Assembly (NCBI GenBank): GCA_032718475.1
Contig: JAUCBJ010003790.1
Coordinates: 1-64,000, forward strand
DNA: 64,000 nucleotides
From: Nemertoderma westbladi
Lineage: Eukaryota > Animalia > Xenacoelomorpha
Reading direction: 5' to 3'
Made by a program: the position numbers and the translations under genes. The notes beneath the pieces were generated by a model. The model saw nothing but the letters and a program-made list of their open reading frames with translations. It was not told where the DNA came from and did not search any database. Shown piece after piece: positions 1 to 13,400 of the stretch; the stretch's first letter is position 1; the number at the start of each line of letters is the position of its first letter.

Positions 1-732
1 AATTCATAGAAAGTAATCAAATTAATGTCAGGTAATTCATTCAAACTGAGTATAAAATTGTAATTATTTACTGTAAAATATAACATGTGGTTGAAAATAA
101 GTATTAGTATTTAGTGTACGTAGTTTGGGAGCCACACAAAATACAAGTATACTGCGAGTGATATAATTATTCCGGGGAAGACAATAGAATATGGGGATTT
201 GTGCCCCAACGAGTTCTCTTACAGCATTTATTACGGCCAGATATTCTAAGGAAATTGACATAATACGAAGAAAGGTAGAGAGGGGAGACGATGTTCTTTG
301 GGAAAGGAATAAAATTATCGTTAAATTATATCAAAAACTTCCAGATATCAGTAACTGATGTTCTTTCTTCTAGGAAGCAAAAAAAATCAATTAAAGTTGG
401 GAATTATTTTTCATAAAATAATATAAAAGAAAACTTCGATTTTTTAAATTATTTTATAGATTTAAGATAAATAAAAATATATTTAGCTGATATAAAGGGA
501 ATTTATTTTGAACCAAATAAAACGTAGTTGAAAAAAAAAGTTTATGTGGAAAACAAATGTGCCGGAAAATGAGACACAAGAAAACCGAGTTCTCGAATAA
601 ATTCCGCTTCGGTTGATAACAAATTCTGCCATATTGTATTTTCTTCCGGACTCGGAATGTTGGCCTAATTTTTGTGATCACTAATTCAAGTGAATATAAA
701 ACGGCATAAAACAGGTCTATTAATTCTGTCTC

Positions 733-1413
733 TCAGGCTGTGACACTCCGTTTAGTGTAGAACAGACTCCGTATGGCGACCACTTGGCCAACACTAGCAA
801 CCACCATACTCACACTGTTAACTATCGACCAAAAGTTAACGCGAGAGAAGTTATTCTCGGCAGCGCTCCGGTCGCGTAACTCGACGTTACGGAACTGGTT
901 CTGCGAATGTTTCACCGAATCCATAGACTTCTTCAACTCCCTCAACGAATCTTTGAGGTCGTCGACCTTCATATCCAGACGTTCTTCGTCATACTCTTCC
1001 GGGACATCCCCCTCAGTGGTCCCATCGGGGTCGGAAGGGGCGTCAACGTACAACTCAAAGAAGATGACCTTCTCCGTGAACCGCGAGAAGGTGTTATCGA
1101 AACAGAATTTATAATCGCCTGTCTCCGTAGCCACGTATCTGTGCTCGGCGTCCTGTTTACGGAGATCGTTAATGACGAACTTGTTTGAGGGCGACAGGAG
1201 CGCGAAGTTCACGTCCATCTGTCCGCCTTCCACCACCTGGTAGTCCAGTTCAACTGCGTTACCTGGACGTAGCGGGTGGTAGAAACATTCCCGTTTACTG
1301 GCTGCCAGTACGAATGTAAGGTCTGCTTCGTAAGCCATTGCGAGTTGCTGTAATATGAGACATAATGTAATAATGAAACACAAGGAAGGAGTGGAGTTAC
1401 CAGATTGACTCAT
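733..1413 (-). CDS. p24/TMED family cargo receptor (emp24/gp25L, GOLD domain), TMED1/TMED5-like gamma subfamily; single exon
   Basis: 226-aa ORF with a signal peptide, GOLD-domain motifs (TFVLAASKRECFY, LDYQVVEGGQMDVNF, GDYKFCFDNTFS), a coiled coil, RDR..AENNFSRVNFWS, a C-terminal TM helix and a short tail (IRSLF). Exact paralogue not assignable by eye. Confidence 0.93.
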   Translation of the reverse strand: MSQSGNSTPSLCFIITLCLILQQLAMAYEADLTFVLAASKRECFYHPLRPGNAVELDYQVVEGGQMDVNFALLSPSNKFVINDLRKQDAEHRYVATETGDYKFCFDNTFSRFTEKVIFFELYVDAPSDPDGTTEGDVPEEYDEERLDMKVDDLKDSLRELKKSMDSVKHSQNQFRNVELRDRSAAENNFSRVNFWSIVNSVSMVVASVGQVVAIRSLFYTKRSVTA

Positions 1414-1914
1414 TATTTTGTATTTTTAAGAAGAACAAGTTCAAAATCTACAACAGTTTGTTGCAATAGGCCTAATGGGTGAATGGTATTAACTTACTGA
1501 TGTAGGTACAGCTTTACAGCTTTAGTACCGGTACTGTAGTACCGGTAAAGGTAGCCTAACCAACAGTCTGACGAGACTGATGCAGAAAATAAGGACTACC
1601 AGACTACGGGATGTTGCTCTTCTTAATAAGTTAGTATATCGGTAGGCCTAACGGTTCCCTATTTTTCCAAATTTGACGAATTTAGTTCGAATTTAGGCGA
1701 ACTTATTTCCAGTTCCAAATGTTTCAAAGTATGGGTAGTAGACGAAGCCCATGCATAGGTGCGGGGGCGAGGCACATTGGGAACGCCACCCAACAAAACA
1801 ATTTAACAAAATGAGAAAATTGCAAAATTAATTAGTTTAATTATTAAAAAAGTAGCAGTAGTCATTTATAATATAACTTTACGCTATTTGAGTTAAGGTT
1901 ACACTTTTACTAAA

Positions 1915-2992
1915 CTAGCAACCCAGGCGTGCTTACGCGCGCCTATGAGCAGAATAACAATAGTAACAAATTAACAGTAATGGTAATAGTAATAAATTAT
2001 AAATTATAAAAAGGCAATTTTTCAAGCGCTCAGGCTCACCCTCCTAGAAAATTCCAAGCAAGAGTTTGTTTTGTATTCTAAGGAAAGGGGAGCTATCAGC
2101 TGGGTAAAATGTTATTTGCCTGTGGTCAGAGAGATCCCACTCTGTAACTTGGCAATTGCTCAAATCCATTCAGCTGAATGGAACAGTAGAGTAAACTAAA
2201 GTAAATTCACTCAACAATGTTCTGAAGGGAAGTCTGACGAGTCTTCCGCTAAATGTCATAAAACATTTTGAATGCCACAGTGTGTAACCTAATACAGATA
2301 ATAAGCAGTGATTTTTACATTTCAAACTATAATGTTAGCCTTTATGGAGAATCATTATGAGGCTGAGTAAACATTCAGCCTTATAAAGCATACAGCCTCC
2401 ACAGTATTAATGATGGCCCAAAGATTTCTAAATAAAACATTATTATTAGATGAGAGTACAGTGCAATTAATAGTAGCCAACATACTGTGTAACTAACAGT
2501 CATTCAGCTTGCACGCCAATTAACGCAGCAGAGAGAGTAACCTTGTAGATCTTCCCATAGGATGCATTTGGGATGAGTTATTCAGCTGAGGCTATAATAG
2601 CCAGCTAACCCAGTTAATGTTTGGTTTTATTGATAATAATCAAAAGCAATCAAGTTCATTACTCATATAGTTTTCTTGATCTTTAATAATAGCGCACACC
2701 GATGTCTAATAATTGGCTGAAGTGTGTTCGTGAGTAATGGATATATGCTAAAGATCTTGCATATTCTTAATTATCTCGAAAATTAATTAATTAATTAACA
2801 TGTAACTTTCCTATTCCCTGACCGATACACATATAAACCATCATACAAAATTTTGTAACGATGCACCGGAGCGTTTAGAGTAGGTGGAGATACAGCTACG
2901 ACTATGACAAACATAGATAGCCAGCCCGTTTACAATTGTATTATTATTATTATATTAATTAATATTATTAATATTAATTATTATATTATAGA
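1915..2992 (-). mobile_element. Non-autonomous Helitron-like element
   Basis: On the - strand it ends in a GC hairpin (AGGCGCGC-GTAA-GCACGCCT) about 7 nt before CTAG|T, the Helitron 3' signature. The other end lies in TCTATCTATA/microsatellite sequence near 2990, so the 5' boundary is approximate. Confidence 0.55.
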
Positions 2993-3045
2993 TAGATAGA
3001 TAGAAGAAGATTATAGAATAGAATAGAATAGAATAGAGGTAGAAT
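2938..3045. repeat. Compound microsatellite (ATT)n/(GATA)n/(GAATA)n
   Basis: Directly visible short tandem motifs. Confidence 0.85.
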
Positions 3046-4030
3046 ATGTAAATTTTGCGCGTTTTATATATCTTTTATTTTCTCCCTTAAATTTTCCGCC
3101 CCGGGGAGTCGCTTCCTGTGTAATTTCGACGATATCAAAATTCAACACTCTCCAGAGGAAAATCGACGCAAATAACAGATGATTACTCTAAGAAATAAAA
3201 TAATTACTCTCAAAAACATGTTCTATTGACTTATTGTTTTGGTTAGAATAACGTGACACTGTAACCTGTTCCTTTCCCTAAATTGATGCTTTAGCAATGC
3301 CGCGGTATATTAATTCGCCGATATGGGATTTGCGTCAAGTCCCCCCCCCCCCCCCCCTCCCCTGTTTCAAATTCGCAAGCTTTGGAACTAAATTCGTTTT
3401 ACATAAGATGGTTGGGACTAAGTTCGTCTCGATTGGAACTAAGTTAGTGAGTTTTATGATTAATGGTTATTGTTGAGATTAGGTAACTTGACAGTGCTCG
3501 ATAATTTATGCCACTGTTCTTCTGGGCTAGCACCATCAGACTGCCTAAACTTAGGTATGTATTGCACTGGAATATCAACCAAAAGGTGAGTCATAGAATT
3601 CTCAGAATTTTGGTCAAAACTCAAATCAGGAAGGAGCCTGTAATCCTTGCCAGCTGCCCTTAACCCATGGACACAGTTTTCTGTGTAATGGAACTCTATG
3701 GGGTAGGAAAGTGAAAATTGTCCTGATTGGTCATTTGGTTATAACAGGGGCAACCAAGACAAAGAAACCAAGGTTCTGTTCATGGGCTGTTCAAGGCACC
3801 TGTGGCAATTCAGAGTCCTATCCCAAAACCAAACACAGCAAGGCGTAAGTTTATATGTTCTCAACAACCTTGAGATATTGCTGCGTTTAGAGTAGTTCGC
3901 GAATTGCGCAAAAAATATAGTTTCGTCGCAAAAGCTTTTGCAGCGCCTCTACCTTCCCGCTCCTTCGCCTCTGCCCACCACCTCCTTTTGTTTCTCCCGG
4001 ACCTGCGCCATTGTATCCGGTGTGGCGCTG

Positions 4031-4165
4031 ATAATTATAATAATAATACTAATATTGGTTATTTATATAGTGCTTTTCTACGCTCGGCATACTCAAAGAG
4101 CTTTTATTATCATTACCCAAGCAAAGCCAGGTTCCCATTATACCGCTGGGTTGGTGTAGGCACTA
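4031..4165 (-). mobile_element. SINE/LINE 3'-end remnant
   Basis: The - strand reads ...CCAACCCAGCGGTATAATGGGAACCTGG...AAAAGCACTATATAAATAACC...(TTA)n tail, resembling conserved SINE core and L2-type 3' ends. Confidence 0.4.
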
Positions 4166-4184
4166 ATGTCTAAACAACCGTGCA

Positions 4185-4320
4185 AAATTTCTACAGCCTC
4201 ACAGACCCAAAGCGAGCTGGTAAACTGATGTGACAGGTCAGTGGGCACCGGAATACCGATACCCCCTTCACTGACTGGCAAGGAGAGCAACAGGCTTTCC
4301 TCTTTTGTGATAGCAGGCCG
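4185..4320 (-). mobile_element. Fragment of a non-LTR retrotransposon RT C-terminal region (CRE/R2-like)
   Basis: Translation LLLSLPVSEGGIGIPVP matches the LPxxxGGLGI motif that follows RT in RLE-type non-LTR elements. Only a short fragment survives. Confidence 0.45.
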
Positions 4321-4389
4321 ATCGGTGAGACAGCAAGGGAGGCAACAAGTACTACCCGGCATCAGGTAATACGGTAGTACTAAGTGCCT

Positions 4390-7072
4390 AAGCACCAGGT
4401 ACTATGGTAGTATTAACTGCCTAGGCAATGGGAACTACCCTCAGGCACCAAGTACTATGGTAGTATTAACTGCCTAGGCAATGGGAACTACCCTCAGGCA
4501 CCAAGTACTATGGTAGTATTAACTGCCTAGGCAATGGGAACTACCCTCAGGCACCAAGTACTATGGTAGTATTAACTGCCTAGGCAATGGGAACTACCCT
4601 CAGGCACCAAGTACTATGGTAGTATTAACTGCCTAGGCAATGGGAACTACCCTCAGGCACCTAGTACTATGGTAGTATTAAGTGCCTAGGCAATGGCAAC
4701 TAACCTCAGGCACCAAGTACTATGGTAGTATTAACTGCCTAGGCAATGGGAACTACCCTCAGGCACCAAGTACTATGGCAGTATTAACTGCCTAGGCAAT
4801 GGGAACTACCCTCAGGCACCAAGTACTATGGTAGTATTAAATGCCTAGGCAATGGGAACTACCCTCAGGCACCAAGTACTATGGTAGTATTAACTGCCTA
4901 GGCAATGGGAACTACCCTCAGGCACCAAGTACTATGGTAGTATTAACTGCCTAGGCAATGGGAACTACCCTCAGGCACCAAGTACTATGGTAGTATTAAC
5001 TGCCTAGGCAATGGGAACTACCCTCAGGCACCAGGTACTATGGTAGTACTGAGTGCCTAGGCAATGGGAACTACCCTCAGGCACCAAGTACTATGGTAGT
5101 ATTAACTGCCTAGGCAATGGGAACTACCCTCAGGCACCAAGTACTATGGTAGTATTAACTGCCTAGGCAATGGGAACTACCCTCAGGCACCAGGTACTAT
5201 GGTAGTATTAACTGCCTAGGCAATGGGAACTACCCTCAGGCACCAGGTACTATGGTAGTATTGAGTGCCTAGGCAATGGGAACTACCCTCAGGCACCAAG
5301 TACTATGGTAGTATTAACTGCCTAGGCAATGGGAACTACCCTCAGGCACCAAGTACTATGGTAGTATTAACTGCCTAGGCAATGGGAACTACCCTCAGGC
5401 ACCAAGTACTATGGTAGTATTAACTGCCTAGGCAATGGGAACTACCCTCAGGCACCAAGTACTATGGTAGTATTAACTGCCTAGGCAATGGGAACTACCC
5501 TCAGGCACCAGGTACTATGGTAGTATTAACTGCCTAGGCAATGGGAACTACCCTCAGGCACCAGGTACTATGGTAGTATTGAATGCCTAGGCAATGGGAA
5601 CTACCCTCAGGCACCAGGTACTATGGTAGTATTAACTGCCTAGGCAATGGGAACTACCCTCAGGCACCAGGTACTATGGTAGTATTAACTGCCTAGGCAA
5701 TGGGAACTACCCTCAGGCACCAAGTACTATGGTAGTATTAACTGCCTAGGCAATGGGAACTACCCTCAGGCACCAAGTACTATGGTAGTATTAACTGCCT
5801 AGGCAATGGGAACTACCCTCAGGCACCAGGTACTATGGTAGTATTGAATGCCTAGGCAATGGGAACTACCCTCAGGCACCAAGTACTATGGTAGTATTAA
5901 CTGCCTAGGCAATGGGAACTACCCTCAGGCACCAGGTACTATGGTAGTATTAACTGCCTAGGCAATGGGAACTACCCTCAGGCACCAAGTACTATGGTAG
6001 TATTAACTGCCTAGGCAATGGGAACTACCCTCAGGCACCAGGTACTATGGTAGTATTAAGTGCCTAGGCAATGGGAACTACCCTCAGGCACCAAGTACTA
6101 TGGTAGTATTAACTGCCTAGGCAATGGGAACTACCCTCAGGCACCAAGTACTATGGTAGTATTAACTGCCTAGGCAATGGGAACTACCCTCAGGCACCAA
6201 GTACTATGGTAGTATTAACTGCCTAGGCAATGGGAACTACCCTCAGGCACCAAGTACTATGGTAGTATTAACTGCCTAGGCAATGGGAACTACCCTCAGG
6301 CACCAAGTACTATGGTAGTATTAACTGCCTAGGCAATGGGAACTACCCTCAGGCACCAGGTACTATGGTAGTATTAAATGCCTAGGCAATGGGAACTACC
6401 CTCAGGCACCAAGTACTATGGTAGTATTAACTGCCTAGGCAATGGGAACTACCCTCAGGCACCAAGTACTATGGTAGTATTAACTGCCTAGGCAATGGGA
6501 ACTACCCTCAGGCACCAGGTACTATGGTAGTATTAAATGCCTAGGCAATGGGAACTACCCTCAGGCACCAAGTACTATGGTAGTATTAACTGCCTAGGCA
6601 ATGGGAACTACCCTCAGGCACCAAGTACTATGGTAGTATTAACTGCCTAGGCAATGGGAACTACCCTCAGGCACCAAGTACTATGGTAGTATTAACTGCC
6701 TAGGCAATGGGAACTACCCTCAGGCACCAAGTACTATGGTAGTATTAACTGCCTTGGGAATGGGAACTACCCTCAGGCACCAAGTACTATGGTAGTATTA
6801 ACTGCCTAGGCAATGGGAACTACCCTCAGGCACCATATACTATGGTAGTATTAACTGCCTAGGCAATAATGGGGGTACTATGGTAGTATTAACTGCCTAG
6901 GCAATGGGAACTACCCTCAGGCACCAAGTACTATGGTAGTATTAACTGCCTAGGCAATGGGAACTACCCTCAGGCACCATATACTATGGTAGTATTAACT
7001 TCCTAGGCAATGGGGGTACTATGGTAGTATTAACTGCCTAGGCAATGGGAACTACCCTCAGGCACCAGGTAC
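4390..7072 (+). repeat. 53-bp tandem satellite, about 50 copies
   Basis: Unit ACTATGGTAGTATTAACTGCCTAGGCAATGGGAACTACCCTCAGGCACCAAGT, highly homogeneous, with an internal palindrome TGCCTAGGCA. Confidence 0.97.
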
Positions 7073-7423
7073 AACCCTAAATTTATGACTTAAACTAAAC
7101 TTTTGTACTGCATGTAAGGTATTGTCTTAGTGGGAAATTTAATCCCTTCCATTCCCTCATTCCTGATGAAAAACTTATACGTTCTGTTATTATATCATAG
7201 TTTTACGTAAAACTAAACAACAGTCAGAACATAATGGTTTTTGATGACCAAGAACTGAAACACATAGAGAAGATCATTCACCACTCGATTTCGATATATC
7301 CTGCCTCATTTTAAAGGAAAAACAGGCTTAAAATCAAACAACTTCTAAAAATGTGTAGGTCATACTGTATATTCTTGTTAAGAATGAAGTAGTGAGGCTG
7401 TGCGAGAAAAATGCGGTATTTAC

Positions 7424-10400
7424 GAATAATACACACAATACACCAAGGGCTAGGAGAAACTCAACAGAGTAGAAGCGTTGGAGGTCACTTGGGTCGAGAT
7501 AAGACAAGAAAGAATAATACATGCAATGCACCAAGGGCTAGGAGAAACTCAAGAGAGTAGAAGCGTTGGTGGTCACTTGGGTCGAGTTAAGACAAGAAAG
7601 AATAATACATGCAATACACCAAGGGCTATGAGAAACTCAAGAGAGTAGAAGCGTTGGTGGTTACTTGGGTCGAGATAAGACAAGAAAGAATAATACATGC
7701 AATGCACCAAGGGCTAGGAGAAACTCAAGAGAGTAGAAGCGTTGGTTGTCACTTGGGTCGAGATAAGACAAGAAAGAATAATACACACAATACACCAAGG
7801 GCTAGGAGAAACTCAAGAGAGTAGAAACGTTGGGGGTCACTTGGGTTGAGATAAGACAAGAACGAATAATACATGCAATACACCAAGGGCTAGGAGAAAC
7901 TCAACAGAGTAGAAGTGTTGGGGGTCACTTGAGTTGAGATAAGACAACAAAGAATAATACACGCAATGCACCATGAGCTAGGAGAAACTCAAGAGAGTAG
8001 AAGCATTGGTAGTCACTTGGGTTGAGATAAGACAACAAAGAATAATACACGCAATGCACCAAGGGCTAGGAGAAACTCAAGAGAGTAGAAGCGTTGGTTG
8101 TCACTTGGGTCGAGATAAGACAAGAAAGAATAATACACACAATACACCAAGGGCTAGGAGAAACTCAAGAGAGTAGAAGCGTTGGTGGTTACTTGGGTCG
8201 AGATAAGACAAGAAAGAATAATACATGCAATGCACCAAGGGCTAGGAGAAACTCAAGAGAGTAGAAGCGTTGGTGGTCACTTGGGTCGAGTTAAGACAAG
8301 AAAGAATAATACATGCAATACACCAAGGGCTATGAGAAACTCAAGAGAGTAGAAGCGTTGGTGGTCACTTGGGTCGAGTTAAGACAAGAAAGAATAATAC
8401 ATGCAATGCACCAAGGGCTAGGAGAAACTCAAGAGAGTAGAAGCGTTGGTGGTCACTTGGGTCGAGTTAAGACAACAAAGAATAATACATGCAATGCACC
8501 AAGGGCTAGGAGAAACTCAAGAGAGTAGAAGCGTTGGTGGTTACTTGGGTCGAGATAAGACAAGAAAGAATAATACATGCAATGCACCAAGGGCTAGGAG
8601 AAACTCAAGAGAGTAGAAGCGTTGGTGGTTACTTGGGTCGAGATAAGACAAGAAAGAATAATACATGCAATGCACCAAGGGCTAGGAGAAACTCAAGAGA
8701 GTAGAAGCGTTGGTGGTTACTTGGGTCGAGATAAGACAAGAAAGAATAATACATGCAATGCACCAAGAGCTAGGAGAAACTCAAGAGAGTAGAAGCGTTG
8801 GTGGTCACTTGGGTCGAGTTAAGACAAGAAAGAATAATACATGCAATGCACCAAGGGCTAGGAGAAACTCAAGAGAGTAGAAGCGTTGGTGGTCACTTGG
8901 GTCGAGTTAAGACAACAAAGAATAATACATGCAATACACCAAGGGCTATGAGAAACTCAAGAGAGTAGAAGCGTTGGTGGTTACTTGGGTCGAGATAAGA
9001 CAAGAAAGAATAATACATGCAATGCACCTAAGGGCTAGGAGAAACTTAAGAGAGTAGAAGCGTTGGTGGTCACTTGGGTCGAGTTAAGACAAGAAAGAAT
9101 AATACATGCAATACACCAAGGGCTATGAGAAACTCAAGAGAGTAGAAGCGTTGGTGGTTACTTGGGTCGAGATAAGACAAGAAAGAATAATACATGCAAT
9201 GCACCAAGGGCTAGGAGAAACTCAAGAGAGTAGAAGCGTTGGTTGTCACTTGGGTCGAGATAAGACAAGAACGAATAATACATGCAATACACCAAGGGCT
9301 AGGAGAAACTCAACAGAGTAGAAGTGTTGGGGGTCACTTGAGTTGAGATAAGACAACAAAGAATAATACACGCAATGCACCATGAGCTAGGAGAAACTCA
9401 AGAGAGTAGAAGCATTGGTAGTCACTTGGGTTGAGATAAGACAACAAAGAATAATACACGCAATGCACCAAGGGCTAGGAGAAACTCAAGAGAGTAGAAG
9501 CGTTGGTTGTCACTTGGGTCGAGATAAGACAAGAAAGAATAATACACACAATACACCAAGGGCTAGGAGAAACTCAAGAGAGTAGAAGCGTTGGTGGTTA
9601 CTTGGGTCGAGATAAGACAAGAAAGAATAATACATGCAATGCACCAAGGGCTAGGGGAAACTCAAGAGAGTAGAAGCGTTGGTTGTCACTTGGGTCGAGA
9701 TAAGACAAGAAAGAATAATACATGCAATACACAAAGGGCTAGGAGAAACTCAAGAGAGTAGAAGCGTTGGTGGTCACTTGGGTCGAGATAAGACAAGAAC
9801 GAATAATACACTCAATACACCAAGGGCTAGGAGAAACTCAAGAGAGTAGAAGTGTTGGTGGTCACTTGGGTCGAGATAAGACAAGAACGAATAATACACT
9901 CAATACACCAAGGGCTAGGAGAAACTCAAGAGAGTAGAAGCGTTGGTTGTCACTTGGGTTGAGATAAGACAAGAACGAATAATACACTCAATACACAAAG
10001 GGCTAGGAGAAACTCAAGAGAGTAGAAGCGTTGGTTGTCACTTGGGTCGAGATAAGACAAGAACGAATAATACACTCAATACACCAAGGGCTAGGAGAAA
10101 CTCAAGAGAGTAGAAGCGTTGGTGGTCACTTGGGTCGAGATAAGAAAAGAACGAATAATACATGCAATACACCAAGGGCTATGAGAAACTCAAGAGAGTA
10201 GAAGCGTTGGTGGTCACTTGGGTCGAGATAAGACAAGAACGAATAATACACTCAATACACCAAGGGCTAGGAGAAACTCAAGAGAGTAGAAGCGTTGGTT
10301 GTCACTTGGGTTGAGATAAGACAAGAACGAATAATACACTCAATACACCAAGGGCTAGGAGAAACTCAAGAGAGTAGAAGTGTTGGTGGTCACTTGGGTC

Positions 10401-13400
10401 GAGATAAGACAAGAACGAATAATACACTCAATACACCAAGGGCTAGGAGAAACTCAAGAGAGTAGAAGCGTTGGTTGTCACTTGGGTTGAGATAAGACAA
10501 GAACGAATAATACACTCAATACACAAAGGGCTAGGAGAAACTCAAGAGAGTAGAAGCGTTGGTTGTCACTTGGGTTGAGATAAGACAAGAACGAATAATA
10601 CACTCAATACACCAAGGGCTAGGAGAAACTCAAGAGAGTAGAAGTGTTGGTGGTCACTTGGGTCGAGATAAGACAAGAACGAATAATACACTCAATACAC
10701 CAAGGGCTAGGAGAAACTCAAGAGAGTAGAAGTGTTGGTGGTCACTTGGGTCGAGATAAGACAAGAACGAATAATACACTCAATACACCAAGGGCTAGGA
10801 GAAACTCAAGAGAGTAGAAGCGTTGGGGGTCACTTGGGTCGAGATAAGACAAGAAAGAATAATACACTCAATACACAAAGGGCTAGGAGAAACTCAAGAG
10901 AGTAGAAGCGTTGGTGGTCACTTGGGTCGAGATAAGACAAGAACGAATAATACATGCAATGCACCAAGGGCTATGAGAAACTCAAGAGAGTAGAAGCGTT
11001 GGTTGTCACTTGGGTTGAGATAAGACAAGAAAGAATAATACACACAATACACCAAGGGCTAGGAGAAACTCAAGAGAGTAGAAGCGTTGGGGGTCACTTG
11101 GGTCGAGATAAGACAAGAAAGAATAATACACTCAATACACAAAGGGCTAGGAGAAACTCAAGAGAGTAGAAGCGTTGGTGGTAACTTGGGTCGAGATAAG
11201 ACAAGAACGAATAATACACTCAATACACAAAGGGCTAGGAGAAACTCAAGAGAGTAGAAGCGTTGGTTGTCACTTGGGTCGAGATAAGACAAGAACGAAT
11301 AATACACTCAATACACCAAGGGCTAGGAGAAACTCAAGAGAGTAGAAGCGTTGGTTGTCACTTGGGTCGAGATAAGACAAGAAAGAATAATACACACAAT
11401 ACACCAAGGGCTAGGAGAAACTCAAGAGAGTAGAAGCGTTGGTGGTTACTTGGGTCGAGATAAGACAAGAAAGAATAATACATGCAATGCACCAAGGGCT
11501 AGGAGAAACTCAAGAGAGTAGAAGCGTTGGTTGTCACTTGGGTCGAGATAAGACAAGAAAGAATAATACATGCAATACACAAAGGGCTAGGAGAAACTCA
11601 AGAGAGTAGAAGCGTTGGTGGTCACTTGGGTCGAGATAAGACAAGAACGAATAATACACTCAATACACCAAGGGCTAGGAGAAACTCAAGAGAGTAGAAG
11701 TGTTGGTGGTCACTTGGGTCGAGATAAGACAAGAACGAATAATACACTCAATACACCAAGGGCTAGGAGAAACTCAAGAGAGTAGAAGTGTTGGTGGTCA
11801 CTTGGGTCGAGATAAGACAAGAACGAATAATACACTCAATACACAAAGGGCTAGGAGAAACTCAAGAGAGTAGAAGCGTTGGTGGTTACTTGGGTCGAGA
11901 TAAGACAAGAACGAATAATACACTCAATACACAAAGGGCTAGGAGAAACTCAAGAGAGTAGAAGCATTGGGGGTCACTTGGGTCGAGATAAGACAAGAAC
12001 GAATAATACATGCAATACACCAAGGGCTAGGAGAAACCCAAGAGAGTAGAAGCGTTGGTTGTCACTTGGGTTGAGATAAGACAAGAAAGAATAATACACA
12101 CAATACACCAAGGGCTAGGAGAAACTCAAGAGAGTAGAAGCGTTGGGGGTCACTTGGGTCGAGATAAGACAAGAAAGAATAATACACTCAATACACAAAG
12201 GGCTAGGAGAAACTCAAGAGAGTAGAAGCGTTGGTGGTCACTTGGGTCGAGATAAGACAAGAACGAATAATACACTCAATACACAAAGGGCTAGGAGAAA
12301 CTCAAGAGAGTAGAAGCGTTGGTTGTCACTTGGGTCGAGATAAGACAAGAACGAATAATACACTCAATACACCAAGGGCTAGGAGAAACTCAAGAGAGTA
12401 GAAGCGTTGGTTGTCACTTGGGTTGAGATAAGACAAGAACGAATAATACACTCAATACACAAAGGGCTAGGAGAAACTCAAGAGAGTAGAAGCGTTGGTG
12501 GTTACTTGGGTCGAGATAAGACAAGAACGAATAATACACTCAATACACAAAGGGCTAGGAGAAACTCAAGAGAGTAGAAGCATTGGGGGTCACTTGGGTC
12601 GAGATAAGACAAGAACGAATAATACATGCAATACACCAAGGCCTAGGAGAAACTCAAGAGAGTAGAAGCGTTGGTTGTCACTTGGGTCGAGATAAGACAA
12701 GAACGAATAATACATGCAATGCACCAAGGGCTAGGAGAAACTCAAGAGAGTAGAAGCGTTGGTTGTCACTTGGGTCGAGATAAGACAAGAACGAATAATA
12801 CACACAATACACCAAGGGCTAGGAGAAACTCAAGAGAGTAGAAGCGTTGGGGGTCACTTGGGTCGAGATAAGACAAGAACGAATAATACATGCAATACAC
12901 CAAGGGCTAGGAGAAACTCAAGAGAGTAGAAGCGTTGGTTGTCACTTGGGTTGAGATAAGACAAGAACGAATAATACACTCAATACACAAAGGGCTAGGA
13001 GAAACTCAAGAGAGTAGAAGCGTTGGTTGTCACTTGGGTTGAGATAAGACAAGAACGAATAATACACTCAATACACCAAGGGCTAGGAGAAACTCAAGAG
13101 AGTAGAAGTGTTGGTGGTCACTTGGGTCGAGATAAGACAAGAACGAATAATACACTCAATACACCAAGGGCTAGGAGAAACTCAAGAGAGTAGAAGTGTT
13201 GGTGGTCACTTGGGTCGAGATAAGACAAGAACGAATAATACACTCAATACACCAAGGGCTAGGAGAAACTCAAGAGAGTAGAAGCGTTGGGGGTCACTTG
13301 GGTCGAGATAAGACAAGAAAGAATAATACACTCAATACACAAAGGGCTAGGAGAAACTCAAGAGAGTAGAAGCGTTGGTGGTCACTTGGGTCGAGATAAG

